DNA of 64,000 nt from Burkholderiales bacterium (lineage in GTDB: Bacteria; Pseudomonadota; Gammaproteobacteria; Burkholderiales; SG8-39). The notes beneath the pieces are model-generated. The model had not been told where the DNA came from. It saw only the letters and a list, made by a program, of their open reading frames with translations, and did not search any database. How positions within the stretch are numbered: position 1 is the stretch's first letter; the number at the start of each line of letters is the position of its first letter. Location: positions 23,033 to 87,032 of the forward strand of contig JBFJOO010000005.1 of assembly GCA_041617635.1 (NCBI GenBank), written 5' to 3'. Position numbers and translations under genes: made by a program. This document shows positions 9,842 through 20,376 of the stretch, in pieces.

Positions 9842-11941
9842 ATGCCGCGCCGCATCCTCGTCACGTCCGCCCTGCCCTACGCCAACGGCGCGATCCATCT
9901 CGGCCACCTGGTCGAGTACATCCAGACCGACATCTGGGTGCGCTTCCAGAAGCTGCGCGGGCACGAGGTGCACTACGTGTGCGCCGACGACACCCACGGC
10001 ACGCCGATCATGCTGCGCGCGGAGCAGGACGGAATCGCCCCCGAGCAGCTGATCGCGCGCGTGTTCGAGGAGCACACGCGCGACTTTGCCGGCTTCCTGG
10101 TCGATTTCGACAACTACTACAGCACGAACTCGCCCGAGAACCGCGCATTCTGCGAGGACATCTACGGCGCGCTCGAGAAGAACGGGCTCATCGCACGCCG
10201 CTCGGTCGAGCAGTTCTACGACCCGGTCAAGGCGATGTTCCTGCCCGACCGGTATATCCGCGGCCAGTGCCCGAAATGCGGCGCGAAGGACCAGTACGGT
10301 GATTCGTGCGAGGTCTGCGGGACCACCTATTCACCGACCGATCTGATCGAGCCGTATTCGGTGGTGTCGGGCGCCAAGCCGGTGCGCAAGGCCTCCGAGC
10401 ACTACTTCTTCAAACTGTCGGACCCGCGCTGCCAACAGTTCCTGAAGCGGTGGACCCGGTCGGGAACCCTGCAGCCCGAGGCGGCGAACAAGATGGACGA
10501 GTGGTTCGGCGCCGGACTGCAGGACTGGGACATTTCGCGCGACCCGCCCTACTTCGGGTTCCCGATCCCCGGCACCGACGGCCGGAAGTTCTTCTACGTC
10601 TGGCTCGACGCTCCGGTGGGCTATTTCGCGAGCTTTCGCAACTACTGCGACAAGCGCGTGGCAGCCGGTCGGCCGATCGATTGCGATGCGTTCCTGCGTC
10701 CGGGCGGCGCGACCGAGATGGTTCACTTCATCGGCAAGGACATCCTCTACTTTCACGCGCTCTTCTGGCCCGCGATGCTGGAGCACTCCGGCTATCGCAC
10801 GCCATCGAGCGTCTTCGCGCACGGATTCCTCACCGTGAACGGCGAGAAGATGTCGAAGTCGCGCGGCACGTTCATCACCGCAGAGAGCTACCTCGCGCTC
10901 GGGTTGAATCCGGAATGGCTGCGCTATTACTACGCGGCCAAGCTCAATAGCACGATGGAGGACATCGACCTCAATCTCGATGACTTCGTCGCGCGGGTCA
11001 ATTCCGATCTCGTCGGGAAGTACGTCAACATCGCGAGCCGCGCCGCCGGTTTCATCCACAAGCACTTCGGCGGCAAGCTCGCGCCGGAGATCGACGCGAC
11101 CGCATTCGCAACCGAATTTCCCGGGCTGCTCGCCGGCGTCGACGTGGCGGCGGAAGCCTACGAGCGTCGTGAGTACGGCAAGTGCCTGCGCATGATCATG
11201 CAGGGCGCCGAGAACGTTAACCAGTACTTCGACCGGCGGCAGCCGTGGTCGCTCGCGAAGGATCCTGCGCAGCATGCGACGCTGCAGCAGGTCTGCTCGA
11301 CCGCGCTGAACGCCTTTCGGCTGCTCACGCTCTTCCTGAAGCCCGTGCTGCCGCGGCTCGCGGCAGATGTCGAGGCGTTCCTGGCGATTCCGCCGCTCAC
11401 CTGGGCAGACGCCGGGAAACTGCTCCCGGGCGGGCACGCGATCCGCCCCTACCGGCACCTGATGGGCAGACTCGAGCCCCAGCAGATCGACGCGCTGGTC
11501 GCGGCCAACCGGGAATCCAGAGCCGCGCCGGCGCCCGCCGTCACCCCGCATTCGCAGCAGCGGCACGCGGAGCACCAGGCGCATGCGAGTCAGGAGACGC
11601 CACCGCCGACGTTGGGCACCATCGCGATCGACGACTTCGCGAAGGTGGATCTGCGCGTCGCCCGGATCGTCAGGGCCGAGCACGTCGACGGCGCGGAGAA
11701 GCTCCTCAAGCTGACGCTCGACATCGGCGCCGGGACCCGCACCGTGTTCGCCGGCATCAAGAGCGCGTACGACCCGGCAAGCCTCGAAGGCCGCTACACC
11801 GTGATGGTGGCGAACCTCGCGCCACGCAAGATGCGCTTCGGGACCTCCGAGGGCATGGTGCTCGCCGCGTCGGGCGACGGCCCGGGAATTTTCCTGATCG
11901 GCCCGGACTCGGGCGCCAGCCCGGGAATGAAGGTCAAGTAG
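9842..11941 (+). CDS. metG: Methionine--tRNA ligase
   Basis: [11 protein letters not shown], Zn knuckle, KMSKS, C-terminal tRNA-binding domain. Confidence 0.98.
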   Translation: MPRRILVTSALPYANGAIHLGHLVEYIQTDIWVRFQKLRGHEVHYVCADDTHGTPIMLRAEQDGIAPEQLIARVFEEHTRDFAGFLVDFDNYYSTNSPENRAFCEDIYGALEKNGLIARRSVEQFYDPVKAMFLPDRYIRGQCPKCGAKDQYGDSCEVCGTTYSPTDLIEPYSVVSGAKPVRKASEHYFFKLSDPRCQQFLKRWTRSGTLQPEAANKMDEWFGAGLQDWDISRDPPYFGFPIPGTDGRKFFYVWLDAPVGYFASFRNYCDKRVAAGRPIDCDAFLRPGGATEMVHFIGKDILYFHALFWPAMLEHSGYRTPSSVFAHGFLTVNGEKMSKSRGTFITAESYLALGLNPEWLRYYYAAKLNSTMEDIDLNLDDFVARVNSDLVGKYVNIASRAAGFIHKHFGGKLAPEIDATAFATEFPGLLAGVDVAAEAYERREYGKCLRMIMQGAENVNQYFDRRQPWSLAKDPAQHATLQQVCSTALNAFRLLTLFLKPVLPRLAADVEAFLAIPPLTWADAGKLLPGGHAIRPYRHLMGRLEPQQIDALVAANRESRAAPAPAVTPHSQQRHAEHQAHASQETPPPTLGTIAIDDFAKVDLRVARIVRAEHVDGAEKLLKLTLDIGAGTRTVFAGIKSAYDPASLEGRYTVMVANLAPRKMRFGTSEGMVLAASGDGPGIFLIGPDSGASPGMKVK

Positions 11942-12005
11942 CGGCCCCCGGGGGACCGCCTCGCCGGTCCCCAACCTCCGCCGCGGCGGGGATTCGGTGC
12001 GCCGA

Positions 12006-12221
12006 CTAGGCGCTCTTGCGCCGTTTGCCGGGTGCGGGCGCGCCCGTGCGCGGCACGTTGGTCTGCGTCTTCCAAGTCACGCCATGCGCCGTGAGGTATT
12101 CGCGGATCAGCTGCCGCACGACCTGGGAGGGCGTCAGGTCCTGGGCGGCGCAGAGTCTCTCGAGCGCACGTTTCTTGGCCGGGTCGACGAGGATCGTCAG
12201 GCGCGCGGTCTTGGTTTCCAT
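12006..12221 (-). CDS. Ribbon-helix-helix (CopG-like) regulator
   Basis: METKTARLTILVDPAKKRALERLCAAQDLTPSQVVRQLIREYL, divergent from the Ehr operon. Confidence 0.85.
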   Translation of the reverse strand: METKTARLTILVDPAKKRALERLCAAQDLTPSQVVRQLIREYLTAHGVTWKTQTNVPRTGAPAPGKRRKSA

Positions 12222-12250
12222 GGACGACAGCTCCGAAGGGCTGCGAGGGT

Positions 12251-12284
12251 TATGCACATGAGATGTTAACTTCATTATAATCAT
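12251..12284. promoter_or_regulatory. AT-rich divergent promoter/operator
   Basis: Palindromic ATTATAAT (12274-12281) gives TATAAT on both strands, with adjacent GTTAAC palindrome. Confidence 0.55.
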
Positions 12285-12379
12285 GCCGCCCATTTCCCGC
12301 CAACCCGGACCTGCATGTACCGCGCACCCGCCAGGACGCACTCGAGTCGGCAGACCACGGCCCGGCGGTGCCCCTGTTC

Positions 12380-14428
12380 ATGCCGCCCGCCGGGGCGTCA
12401 CCCGTGATCCCCACGCCGCTTTCCGGCGCCTTGGCCTGCGTGGTCGTGTGGCTCGTGCTGGGCGGTCTGTCGCTGGTCCCGACCGCCGCCGCAACGTTCG
12501 CCCGCCACGCGGCCTTCCCGCTCGGCGCGCTCACCGGCCTCGCACTGGCGATCTTCGGCCTATATGCCGTCTGGGAGCCGGCCGCGAGCGCGACCCTGGT
12601 GCTCGGCCTGCCGGACCTGCCGTTTCACGTCCGGATCGACCCGCTCGCCGGTTTCTTCCTGTTCCTGCTCGGCGTGGTCTCGGCCGGCATCTCGATCTAT
12701 GCCGCGGGCCATTTTCGCGGCGAGGCGCCCGACCGGCTCGCGCTGATCGGGATGCAGTACTTCGTCTTCCTCGCGAGCATGGCGCTGGTCGTCCTTGCCG
12801 ACGACGCCTACCTCTTCATGGTCGCATGGGAGACGATGGCGCTGGCGTCGTACTTTCTCGTCACGACCGACCACCACCAGAGCACGATCCGCAGCGCGGG
12901 ATTCCTGTACCTGCTCATCGCGCACCTTGGCGCGATCGCGATCCTGCTTTGCTTCGGCATCCTGCACGCGGGCAAGGGCGATTACTCCTTCGCCGCGTTG
13001 CGCGCGACCGAGCTGACGCCCTGGTGGGCAACCATGGCCTTTCTGCTCGCCTTCTTCGGCTTCGGCGCGAAGGCGGGGATGATCCCCTTGCATGCGTGGC
13101 TCCCGGAAGCGCATCCGGCGGCGCCATCACCGGTTTCCGCGCTGATGAGCGGCGTCATGATCAAGACCGCCATCTACGGGATGGTGCGCGTGATCTTCGA
13201 TCTCATCGGCGCCGTGCGCTGGGAATGGGGGGTGGTCGTCCTCGTGGTCGCGGCGGGCACGACGCTATTCGGCGTCCTCTACGCCCTCATGCAGCATGAC
13301 CTCAAGCGGCTGCTCGCCTATCACTCGGTCGAGAACATCGGCATCATCCTCCTCGGATTGGGCATGTCGATGGTGTTCATCGGGTTCGGGCACCCGGTGG
13401 CGGGCGCGCTCGGGCTGGTCGCGGCCCTGTACCACACGCTCAATCACGCGGTGTTCAAGGGGCTGCTCTTTCTCGGCGCCGGATCGATCCTGCACGCGCG
13501 CGGGCTGCGCGATCTGAACGACATGGGCGGCCTCGCCCGCGCGATGCCGAGAACCGCGCTTTGCTTCCTCATCGGCGCGCTCGCCATCTCGGCGCTTCCG
13601 CCGTTGAACGGCTTCGTGTCCGAGTGGCTGACCTTCCAGACCGCGCTCCAGGCTCCGATACTCGGACACAGCGTCGTGCGGAGCATCCTGCCGCTTTTCG
13701 CGGCGACGCTCGCGCTCGCAGGCGCGCTCACCGCAATGTGCTTCGTGAAGGTGTACGGCATCGCGTTCCTCGGGCAGCCGCGCGAGCCGCGCCACCCGCT
13801 GCGTGATCCCGGAGCGCATCACCGTGGCGACGGCGGCCTCATGGAGCAAGTCGGGATGGCATGGCTTGCCACTGGCTGCATCGTTCTGGGCGTGTTTCCG
13901 GTCGCGATGCTGGCCGTGCTCAACCGCGTCACCACGTCGCTCATTGGAACGGGGCTCGCGGAGGATGCGCTCGCGGCCGGCTGGTTGTGGCTGGTGCCGA
14001 CCACGACCGCGCAAGCGAGCTACAGCCCGGCGATCTTCCTGGTCGTCATCGTGGGCGTGGTCATGCTGACCGCGCTGCTCGTTCACCGCCTCTACCACGG
14101 CCGGGTGCGACGCGCGCCGCCCTGGGATTGCGGCTTTCCCGAGCAGACGCCCCGCATGCAGGACACGGCCGACGCCTTCGGCCAGCCGATCCGCCACGTC
14201 TTCGGGCCGGTCTACCAGATGACGCGCAGCCTTCCCGGTCCCGACGATGCGTCGCCCCGCTATGTCCTGAAGATCGAGGATCGGCACTGGTACTGGATCT
14301 ATCTCCCGGTGGCGCGCCTTGCGGACTTCGTTTCGGCCAAGGTATCGCTTCTGCAGCAGGGGCGCGTCAGCTTCTATCTGCTCTACAGCTTCCTCACCCT
14401 GATAGCGCTGCTGGTGTTCGTCGCATGA
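12380..14428 (+). CDS. HyfB-like antiporter subunit (Ehr complex)
   Basis: PLHAWLPEAHPAAPSPVSALMSG, LKRLLAYHSVENIG, PPLNGFVSEW. Start uncertain. Confidence 0.9.
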   Translation: MPPAGASPVIPTPLSGALACVVVWLVLGGLSLVPTAAATFARHAAFPLGALTGLALAIFGLYAVWEPAASATLVLGLPDLPFHVRIDPLAGFFLFLLGVVSAGISIYAAGHFRGEAPDRLALIGMQYFVFLASMALVVLADDAYLFMVAWETMALASYFLVTTDHHQSTIRSAGFLYLLIAHLGAIAILLCFGILHAGKGDYSFAALRATELTPWWATMAFLLAFFGFGAKAGMIPLHAWLPEAHPAAPSPVSALMSGVMIKTAIYGMVRVIFDLIGAVRWEWGVVVLVVAAGTTLFGVLYALMQHDLKRLLAYHSVENIGIILLGLGMSMVFIGFGHPVAGALGLVAALYHTLNHAVFKGLLFLGAGSILHARGLRDLNDMGGLARAMPRTALCFLIGALAISALPPLNGFVSEWLTFQTALQAPILGHSVVRSILPLFAATLALAGALTAMCFVKVYGIAFLGQPREPRHPLRDPGAHHRGDGGLMEQVGMAWLATGCIVLGVFPVAMLAVLNRVTTSLIGTGLAEDALAAGWLWLVPTTTAQASYSPAIFLVVIVGVVMLTALLVHRLYHGRVRRAPPWDCGFPEQTPRMQDTADAFGQPIRHVFGPVYQMTRSLPGPDDASPRYVLKIEDRHWYWIYLPVARLADFVSAKVSLLQQGRVSFYLLYSFLTLIALLVFVA

Positions 14429-15375
14429 GCCAGGCCCCCGCAATCGCTTTCCAGATCGTTCAGTCGATCCTCGTGGTGCTCGCCGCGCCGCTGCTCACGG
14501 GATGGGTCAATCAGTGCCGGGCCTGGCTCCAGAACCGCTCCGCGCCTTCGATCCTGCTCCCCTACTACACGCTCGCAAAGCTCTTCCACAAGGACGCGGT
14601 GATCGCCGAGCACGCATCCCCGCTCTTTCGCCTGACGCCGTACATCCTCTTCGGCTGCATGTGGCTCGCCGCGGGCATCGTCCCGGTGCTCGCGACCGCG
14701 CTGCCGTTCGCGCCGGCGGCGGACATCATCGCGCTCGTCGCGGTCTTCGCGCTCGCGCGCGTGTTCGCCGCCCTCGCCGCGATGGACATCGGGACCTCGT
14801 TCGGCGGTCTCGGCGCGCGCCGCGAGATGCTGATCGGCTTCCTCGCCGAGCCGGCGATGCTGATGACGCTGTTCACCGCCGCATTCATCAGCGGCTCCAC
14901 TCAGCTCACCACCATCGTCGATGCGCTCGCGCACCGGGAACTCCTGATCCAGCCGAGCCTCGCCTTCGCGGCAGTTGCCTTCCTGATGGTTCTGCTTGCG
15001 GAGAACGCCCGTATTCCGGTGGACAACCCGACCACCCATCTCGAGCTGACCATGGTGCACGAAGCGATGATCCTCGAGTACTCCGCACGCCACCTGGCCC
15101 TCATCGAGTGGGGCGCAGCGATCAAGCTCTTTGCGTACATGACCATCGGTTTTGCGCTGTTCGCGCCCTGGGGAATCGCCTCCGCCGGCGACTGGGCCGG
15201 TCTGCCGCTCGCCATGGCTGCGCTGGTGGCGAAGCTTGCCATTGCCGGCGCGGGGCTCGCGCTGATCGAAGCCGTCTCGGCGAAGTTCCGGCTGTTCCGC
15301 GCACCCGAGTTCCTGTCCACCGCGTTCCTGCTCGCTGTGCTCGGAATGCTCACCCATTTCCTCCTGCAGGGCTGA
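14425..15375 (+). CDS. HyfC/HycD (NuoH-like) membrane subunit
   Basis: ATGA overlap, ENARIPVDNPTTHLELTMVHEAMILEYS. Confidence 0.9.
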   Translation: MSQAPAIAFQIVQSILVVLAAPLLTGWVNQCRAWLQNRSAPSILLPYYTLAKLFHKDAVIAEHASPLFRLTPYILFGCMWLAAGIVPVLATALPFAPAADIIALVAVFALARVFAALAAMDIGTSFGGLGARREMLIGFLAEPAMLMTLFTAAFISGSTQLTTIVDALAHRELLIQPSLAFAAVAFLMVLLAENARIPVDNPTTHLELTMVHEAMILEYSARHLALIEWGAAIKLFAYMTIGFALFAPWGIASAGDWAGLPLAMAALVAKLAIAGAGLALIEAVSAKFRLFRAPEFLSTAFLLAVLGMLTHFLLQG

Positions 15376-15376
15376 G

Positions 15377-16039
15377 ATGGACGCGTCGCTCTCCGGCCAG
15401 ATCGTCAACCTGCTCGCGGCGTTTCTGCTGCTCATCGCGTTCGCCATGCTCTCGCAGCGGCGCGTTCTCAGCCTGGTGCGGCTGTTCGCCTGGCAAGGCG
15501 CCGCGCTCGCCCTCGCGACGCTGCTGGTCGCCCATAGCACTGACCAGACACACCTCTACTTCTCCGCCGCGCTCACAGTCGCGCTCAAGGTGATTCTGAT
15601 TCCCTGGGTCCTGCATCGCCTGATCACACGACTGGATGTCCGCTGGGACGTCGAGACGCTCCTCAACATTCCGACCACGATGCTGGCCGGGATCGCGCTC
15701 GTGATCTTCGCGTTCGCGCTCGCCACGCCGATCTCGGAGATGGCGAACACCCTCACGCGCACCACGCTCGGGATCGCGCTCGCGAGCGTGCTGCTCTCCT
15801 TCCTGATGATGATCGTGCGCCGCAAGGCGATCCCGCAGGTGATCGGCTTCCTCGCGCTCGAGAACGGCCTTTTCTTCGCCGCCACCAGCGCAACGTACGG
15901 GATGCCGCTCATCGTCGAGCTGGGTGTCGCCCTGGACGTGCTGGTCGGCACGTTCATCTTCGGCATCTTCTTCTTCCACATCCGCGAGCAGTTCGACAGC
16001 CTCGACATCCGTCACATGGAAAAGCTCAAGGAAGACTGA
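15377..16039 (+). CDS. HyfE-like membrane subunit
   Basis: QVIGFLALENG, GMPLIVELGVALD, position in operon. Confidence 0.88.
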   Translation: MDASLSGQIVNLLAAFLLLIAFAMLSQRRVLSLVRLFAWQGAALALATLLVAHSTDQTHLYFSAALTVALKVILIPWVLHRLITRLDVRWDVETLLNIPTTMLAGIALVIFAFALATPISEMANTLTRTTLGIALASVLLSFLMMIVRRKAIPQVIGFLALENGLFFAATSATYGMPLIVELGVALDVLVGTFIFGIFFFHIREQFDSLDIRHMEKLKED

Positions 16040-17488
16040 GTGGAGATCCTCGCCGTCCTCGCGATTCCGCTCCTCGGGGGCATCGCGCTCGGTGCCTTCG
16101 GACACCGGCGCTGGGCGCCCGAACTGAACGCGCTCATGAGCTTCGCGACGTTCCTCGCGGCCGCGGCGCTGACGGCGCGCGTGATCGCGGACGGTCCGAT
16201 GACGGCCCTCGAGGAGCAGTTCTTCGTCGATCCGTTCAACGTGTTCCTGGTCGCGCTCACCGCGTTCGTCGGGTTCACGACCGCGCTTTTCTCGCGGCCG
16301 TACATGCGCACCGAGGAGCACGCCGGCCGGCTGAGCGCCGGGCGCCTGCGCCTCTATCACGGCATGTACCAGCTCTTCAGCTTCACCATGCTGCTCACCC
16401 TCCTCACCAACAACGTCGGCATCCTGTGGGTCGCGATGGAGGGCGCGACGCTATCGACGGTCCTGCTGGTGAGCCTCTACCGCACGCCGCAGAGCCTCGA
16501 GGCGGCCTGGAAATACTTCATCCTGTGCGGCGTCGGGCTCGCGCAGGCCCTGTTCGGCACGATCCTCCTCTACTTCGCGGCCGAGAAGGTGCTCGGGCCC
16601 GGCGGTACTGCATTGCTGTGGACGCACCTGCACGAGGTCCGTGGTGAGCTGGAACCGACGGTGGTGTCGCTCGCGTTCGTGTTTCTGCTCGTCGGCTACG
16701 GTACCAAGGTGGGCCTCGTGCCACTGCACAACTGGCTGCCCGACGCGCATGCCGAGGGCCCGACCCCGGTCTCCGCCGTCCTCTCGGGGCTTCTCTTGAA
16801 CGTCGCGCTCTACGCCGTCGTGCGCACGAAGGTGCTGGTCGACGGCGCGCTGGGGACGGGGTTCTCCGGCAACCTGATGATGGGTTTCGGACTGCTTTCG
16901 GTGGTCGTCGCGGCGTTCTTCCTGTCGCGCCAGCGGGACATCAAGCGCATGTTCGCGTACTCGTCGATCGAGCACATGGGCATCATGACGTTCGCTTTCG
17001 GAATGGGCGGACCGGTCGCCGCATTCGCGGGACTGCTGCACATGACGGTGCATTCCCTCACCAAGTCGGCGATCTTCTTCACGGTGGGCCACGCCGCGCA
17101 CGCCACCGGCACGCAGAGCATGGATGCCATCCGCGGATTGATCCGGCAGAGCCCGACGATCGGGTGGGGGCTGGCCATCGGCAGCCTCGCCATTCTGGGA
17201 ATGCCGCCCTTCGGCGTGTTCACGAGCGAGTTCATGGTGCTCACGACAGCGATGCACGAGCACACCTGGGCGACTCCGTTCCTGCTCGTCGCGCTCGGCG
17301 TCGCGTTCGCCGCCGTGTTCGGCAAGGTGCAGCCGATGGTCTTCGGCGAGACGACCGCCCGGCCGCTGCCGCATCCGCCGGCGCTCGTGCCCGTGTTCGT
17401 GCATCTGGCAATCGTGCTGATGCTGGGCCTGTACATCCCGCCCTATCTCGCGGACTGGTATCGGCAGGCCGCCGCCCTTATCGGCTGA
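16040..17488 (+). CDS. HyfF-like antiporter subunit
   Basis: SLEAAWKYFILCGVG, GYGTKVGLVPLHNWLPDAHAEGPTPVSA. Confidence 0.9.
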   Translation: MEILAVLAIPLLGGIALGAFGHRRWAPELNALMSFATFLAAAALTARVIADGPMTALEEQFFVDPFNVFLVALTAFVGFTTALFSRPYMRTEEHAGRLSAGRLRLYHGMYQLFSFTMLLTLLTNNVGILWVAMEGATLSTVLLVSLYRTPQSLEAAWKYFILCGVGLAQALFGTILLYFAAEKVLGPGGTALLWTHLHEVRGELEPTVVSLAFVFLLVGYGTKVGLVPLHNWLPDAHAEGPTPVSAVLSGLLLNVALYAVVRTKVLVDGALGTGFSGNLMMGFGLLSVVVAAFFLSRQRDIKRMFAYSSIEHMGIMTFAFGMGGPVAAFAGLLHMTVHSLTKSAIFFTVGHAAHATGTQSMDAIRGLIRQSPTIGWGLAIGSLAILGMPPFGVFTSEFMVLTTAMHEHTWATPFLLVALGVAFAAVFGKVQPMVFGETTARPLPHPPALVPVFVHLAIVLMLGLYIPPYLADWYRQAAALIG

Positions 17489-17498
17489 GAGGATTCAT

Positions 17499-19046
17499 AT
17501 GGTCGACCCAGGGCTACTCGCCGCCGCCAACCGCATACCGGGTGCTATCCCGGCGTACCGCGCGCGCATCGATCCAGCCGCGCTGCGTGCGGCTTGCGAC
17601 ACGGCGCGTGCGGACGGTGCGCGGCTGGTGGCATTGTGGGGAAGCGACGAGACGACGCGCGCTGCCGGCTTCGCGTTGCACGTCGCCCTCGCGCTCCCTG
17701 CCGGGCTCTTGTGGATCACGGTGCCGCTCGCGGCCGAACACCCGCGCTATCCGGGCATCGCCGATCTCTTTCCATCCGCCAGCCGCATGCAGCGCGCCGC
17801 CTATGATCTCCTCGGCATTCACGCCGACGAAAGCTCGGACCACCGCAAGTGGCTCCGCCACGGAGCCTGGCCGGGCGGGACGTTTCCGCTGCGCAAGAGC
17901 TTCGACGCCGCAAGCCGGTTCCCGTTGACGGAGGACCGCTATCCGTTCGTCAAGGTCGAGGGCGAGGGCGTGCACGAGATTCCGGTCGGACCGGTGCATG
18001 CGGGAACGATCGAGCCGGGACACTTCCGTTTCTCGATCGTGGGGGAGAAGATCCTCCGGCTCGAGGAGCGGCTCGGCTATAAGCACAAGGGCATCGAGAA
18101 GCGCTTCGAGGCTATGACCCTCGTCGAAGGGGCCCGCCTCGCGGGACGGGTCAGCGGCGATTCGACGGTCGCGTTCGCCTGGGCATACGCGATGGCCGTC
18201 GAAGGTGCGTGCGGCACGAGCGTGCCGCCGCGCGCCGCCGCGCTGCGCGGCTGCCTCCTCGAGCTGGAGCGGATCGCCAATCATCTCGGCGATCTCGGCT
18301 ACCTCGGCAACGACGTGTCGCTCTCCTTCGGGTTCTTCCAGTTCTGGCGGCTCAAGGAGGATCTGCTGCGCGTGAACGCGCAAGTGTTCGGCCATCGTTA
18401 CCTGATGGATCGGGTCGTTCCGGGCGGCGTCGCGTGCGATCTCGCGGCCGGAGACCCGGCGCGCATCGTGGCGATCCTCGGCCGCATCGAGTCCGAGGTG
18501 CGCGCGCTCCGCGCGATCTATGACGAGCACGCCGGCGTGCAGGACCGTTTCATGACGACCGGAGAGATCTCCGGTGATCTGGCGGTACAAATGGGCCTCA
18601 CCGGCCTGTCCGCCCGCGCCAGCGGCATCCGCCGCGACTTGCGAGTGGACCACCCGATCGCCCCTTACGACACGACGCCGGTTCGCATCGCCACCCGGGA
18701 GGCCGGTGACGTCGCCGCGCGCGTCGCCGTGCGGTTCGACGAGCTGTTCGAGTCGGCGCGCGTTTTGCGCATGTTGCTCGACCGGCTGCCGGATGGGCCG
18801 ATCCGGGTGGATGTTGCGCACCCCGCCCCCGGCAGAACCGGTGTCGGCTGGGTGGAGGGCTGGCGCGGCGAGGTGCTGGTCGCGCTCGATGCGGCGGAGG
18901 GTGGGCGCATCCATCGATTGCACCCGCACGATCCCTCCTGGCAGAACTGGCCGCTCCTCGAGCGCGCAGTGCTCGGCAACATCGTCCCGGACTTCCCTCT
19001 GATCAACAAGTCCTTCAATCTGTCCTATTCGGGTCCGGACCTCTGA
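17499..19046 (+). CDS. Ehr large subunit (NuoC/D-like, HyfG homologue lacking Ni ligands)
   Basis: PVGPVHAGTIEPGHFRF, LERIANH, EGWRGE. L1 motif reads RVSGDS and L2 reads FNLSYSG, with no Cys. Confidence 0.9.
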   Translation: MVDPGLLAAANRIPGAIPAYRARIDPAALRAACDTARADGARLVALWGSDETTRAAGFALHVALALPAGLLWITVPLAAEHPRYPGIADLFPSASRMQRAAYDLLGIHADESSDHRKWLRHGAWPGGTFPLRKSFDAASRFPLTEDRYPFVKVEGEGVHEIPVGPVHAGTIEPGHFRFSIVGEKILRLEERLGYKHKGIEKRFEAMTLVEGARLAGRVSGDSTVAFAWAYAMAVEGACGTSVPPRAAALRGCLLELERIANHLGDLGYLGNDVSLSFGFFQFWRLKEDLLRVNAQVFGHRYLMDRVVPGGVACDLAAGDPARIVAILGRIESEVRALRAIYDEHAGVQDRFMTTGEISGDLAVQMGLTGLSARASGIRRDLRVDHPIAPYDTTPVRIATREAGDVAARVAVRFDELFESARVLRMLLDRLPDGPIRVDVAHPAPGRTGVGWVEGWRGEVLVALDAAEGGRIHRLHPHDPSWQNWPLLERAVLGNIVPDFPLINKSFNLSYSGPDL

Positions 19047-19048
19047 CC

Positions 19049-19564
19049 ATGTACCAGCTATTGAAACAGATCGCGAAGACCGGCATCAAGACCGAGGCAC
19101 CGCCGGCCGCGGACGAGCGACTGCGCGTCCTCGCGCGCGAGCTCGATGGAGTCGCGCTCAAGCACTTCGGCCGCGCGCTCGCCATCCGGCACGTCGACGC
19201 GGGATCGTGCAACGGCTGCGAGCTGGAGATCCACGCGACGAACAGCCCCTACTACAACCTGGAGCGCCTCGGTATCAGGTTCGTGGCCAGCCCGCGCCAC
19301 GCCGACTTGCTGCTGGTGACGGGCCCGGTGTCGCGCAACATGGAAGAGGCGCTGCGGCGCACCTTCGATGCGACCCCCGATCCGAAGCTGGTCGTCGCGA
19401 TCGGCGACTGCGGCTGCGACGGCGGAATCTTCGGCGAGAGCTACGCGAGCTGCGGGCGGGTCGCCAACGTCATCCCGGTGGATGTCGCCGTCCCCGGCTG
19501 CCCGCCATCGCCGCTCGCCATCATGCAGGGCATCCTCACCGCCGTCGCATCGCGCCCGAAGTGA
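19049..19564 (+). CDS. Ehr small subunit (NuoB/HyfI-like Fe-S protein)
   Basis: GSCNGCELE, SPRHAD, IGDC, PGCPP. Confidence 0.92.
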   Translation: MYQLLKQIAKTGIKTEAPPAADERLRVLARELDGVALKHFGRALAIRHVDAGSCNGCELEIHATNSPYYNLERLGIRFVASPRHADLLLVTGPVSRNMEEALRRTFDATPDPKLVVAIGDCGCDGGIFGESYASCGRVANVIPVDVAVPGCPPSPLAIMQGILTAVASRPK

Positions 19565-19579
19565 CGCGGCGCGCGCCGG

Positions 19580-20014
19580 TCATGGCTTGATGTAGGCGTA
19601 CCCTTCGGCCTGCTGCAGGCGCCCGATTTCCGCAACGCCCGACCGGACGAAACCCGCCTGCTCGACGAACTGGTCGCGCCTGAGGTTTCGCTCGCGCAGC
19701 GTGATCTCGCAAACGACGAACTTCACGTCCTGGAGCTCGAGCTCCTCGATCGCGCTCCGGTATGCGTTGCCGCGCGGCGTCTGCGCGCCCTTCATCAGGA
19801 AATCGATTCCGGCTGCGTGGGTGACGACGACGATCTTCACCTGCGGGTCGGCCTCGAGATGGTTGCGGATGAACTGCAGCCCGCGGGCCGGCTGCTCGCC
19901 GGCCTCGCCGAAATGGTAGACGACTCGATTGGGGCGCTCGGCGCCCGGCGTGCTCGCGCCCAAGGCGAGCAACCCTGCGATCAAGGCGAATGCGATCGAT
20001 GCCATGCGAGTCAT
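19580..20014 (-). CDS. Exported DsrE-family protein
   Basis: Signal peptide, VVYH, IRNHL, VVCEITL, SGVAEIGRLQQAEGYAYIKP. Confidence 0.85.
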   Translation of the reverse strand: MTRMASIAFALIAGLLALGASTPGAERPNRVVYHFGEAGEQPARGLQFIRNHLEADPQVKIVVVTHAAGIDFLMKGAQTPRGNAYRSAIEELELQDVKFVVCEITLRERNLRRDQFVEQAGFVRSGVAEIGRLQQAEGYAYIKP

Positions 20015-20106
20015 AGCGGATTCTCCGTGGCGGACAGCAGATCGGACATTCCGTGACCGCTGCGCGCGCGTAAAATCGTGCTGCGCTCGCCCGGGGTCCG
20101 GAATCG

Positions 20107-20376
20107 ATGCCAAAGCATCTCAAGATCAGCGGTCTGGTTCAAGGGGTCGGGTATCGCGACGCGATGTGTCGCGAGGCCGACCGGCATGGCGTCACCGGAT
20201 GGGTGCGCAATTGCCGTGACGGGACCGTCGAGGCGGTGGTCGACGGCGCGCCGGGCGCCGTCGAGACGATCATAGGGTGGGCGCGTCGCGGGCCGCCCGC
20301 CGCGCGCGTGGCGGAGGTGGTCGTCGGCGAAGCGTCGGGGCGCTTCACCGATTTCCAATGGCGACGGACCGAATGA
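20107..20376 (+). CDS. acyP: Acylphosphatase
   Basis: [27 protein letters not shown]. Confidence 0.92.
   Translation: MPKHLKISGLVQGVGYRDAMCREADRHGVTGWVRNCRDGTVEAVVDGAPGAVETIIGWARRGPPAARVAEVVVGEASGRFTDFQWRRTE

Noticed and set aside
12380-19564. Functional hydrogenase-4 / formate hydrogenlyase
   Set aside because: The large subunit lacks both CxxC Ni-binding motifs, and no fdh, hyp or maturation protease genes are nearby.
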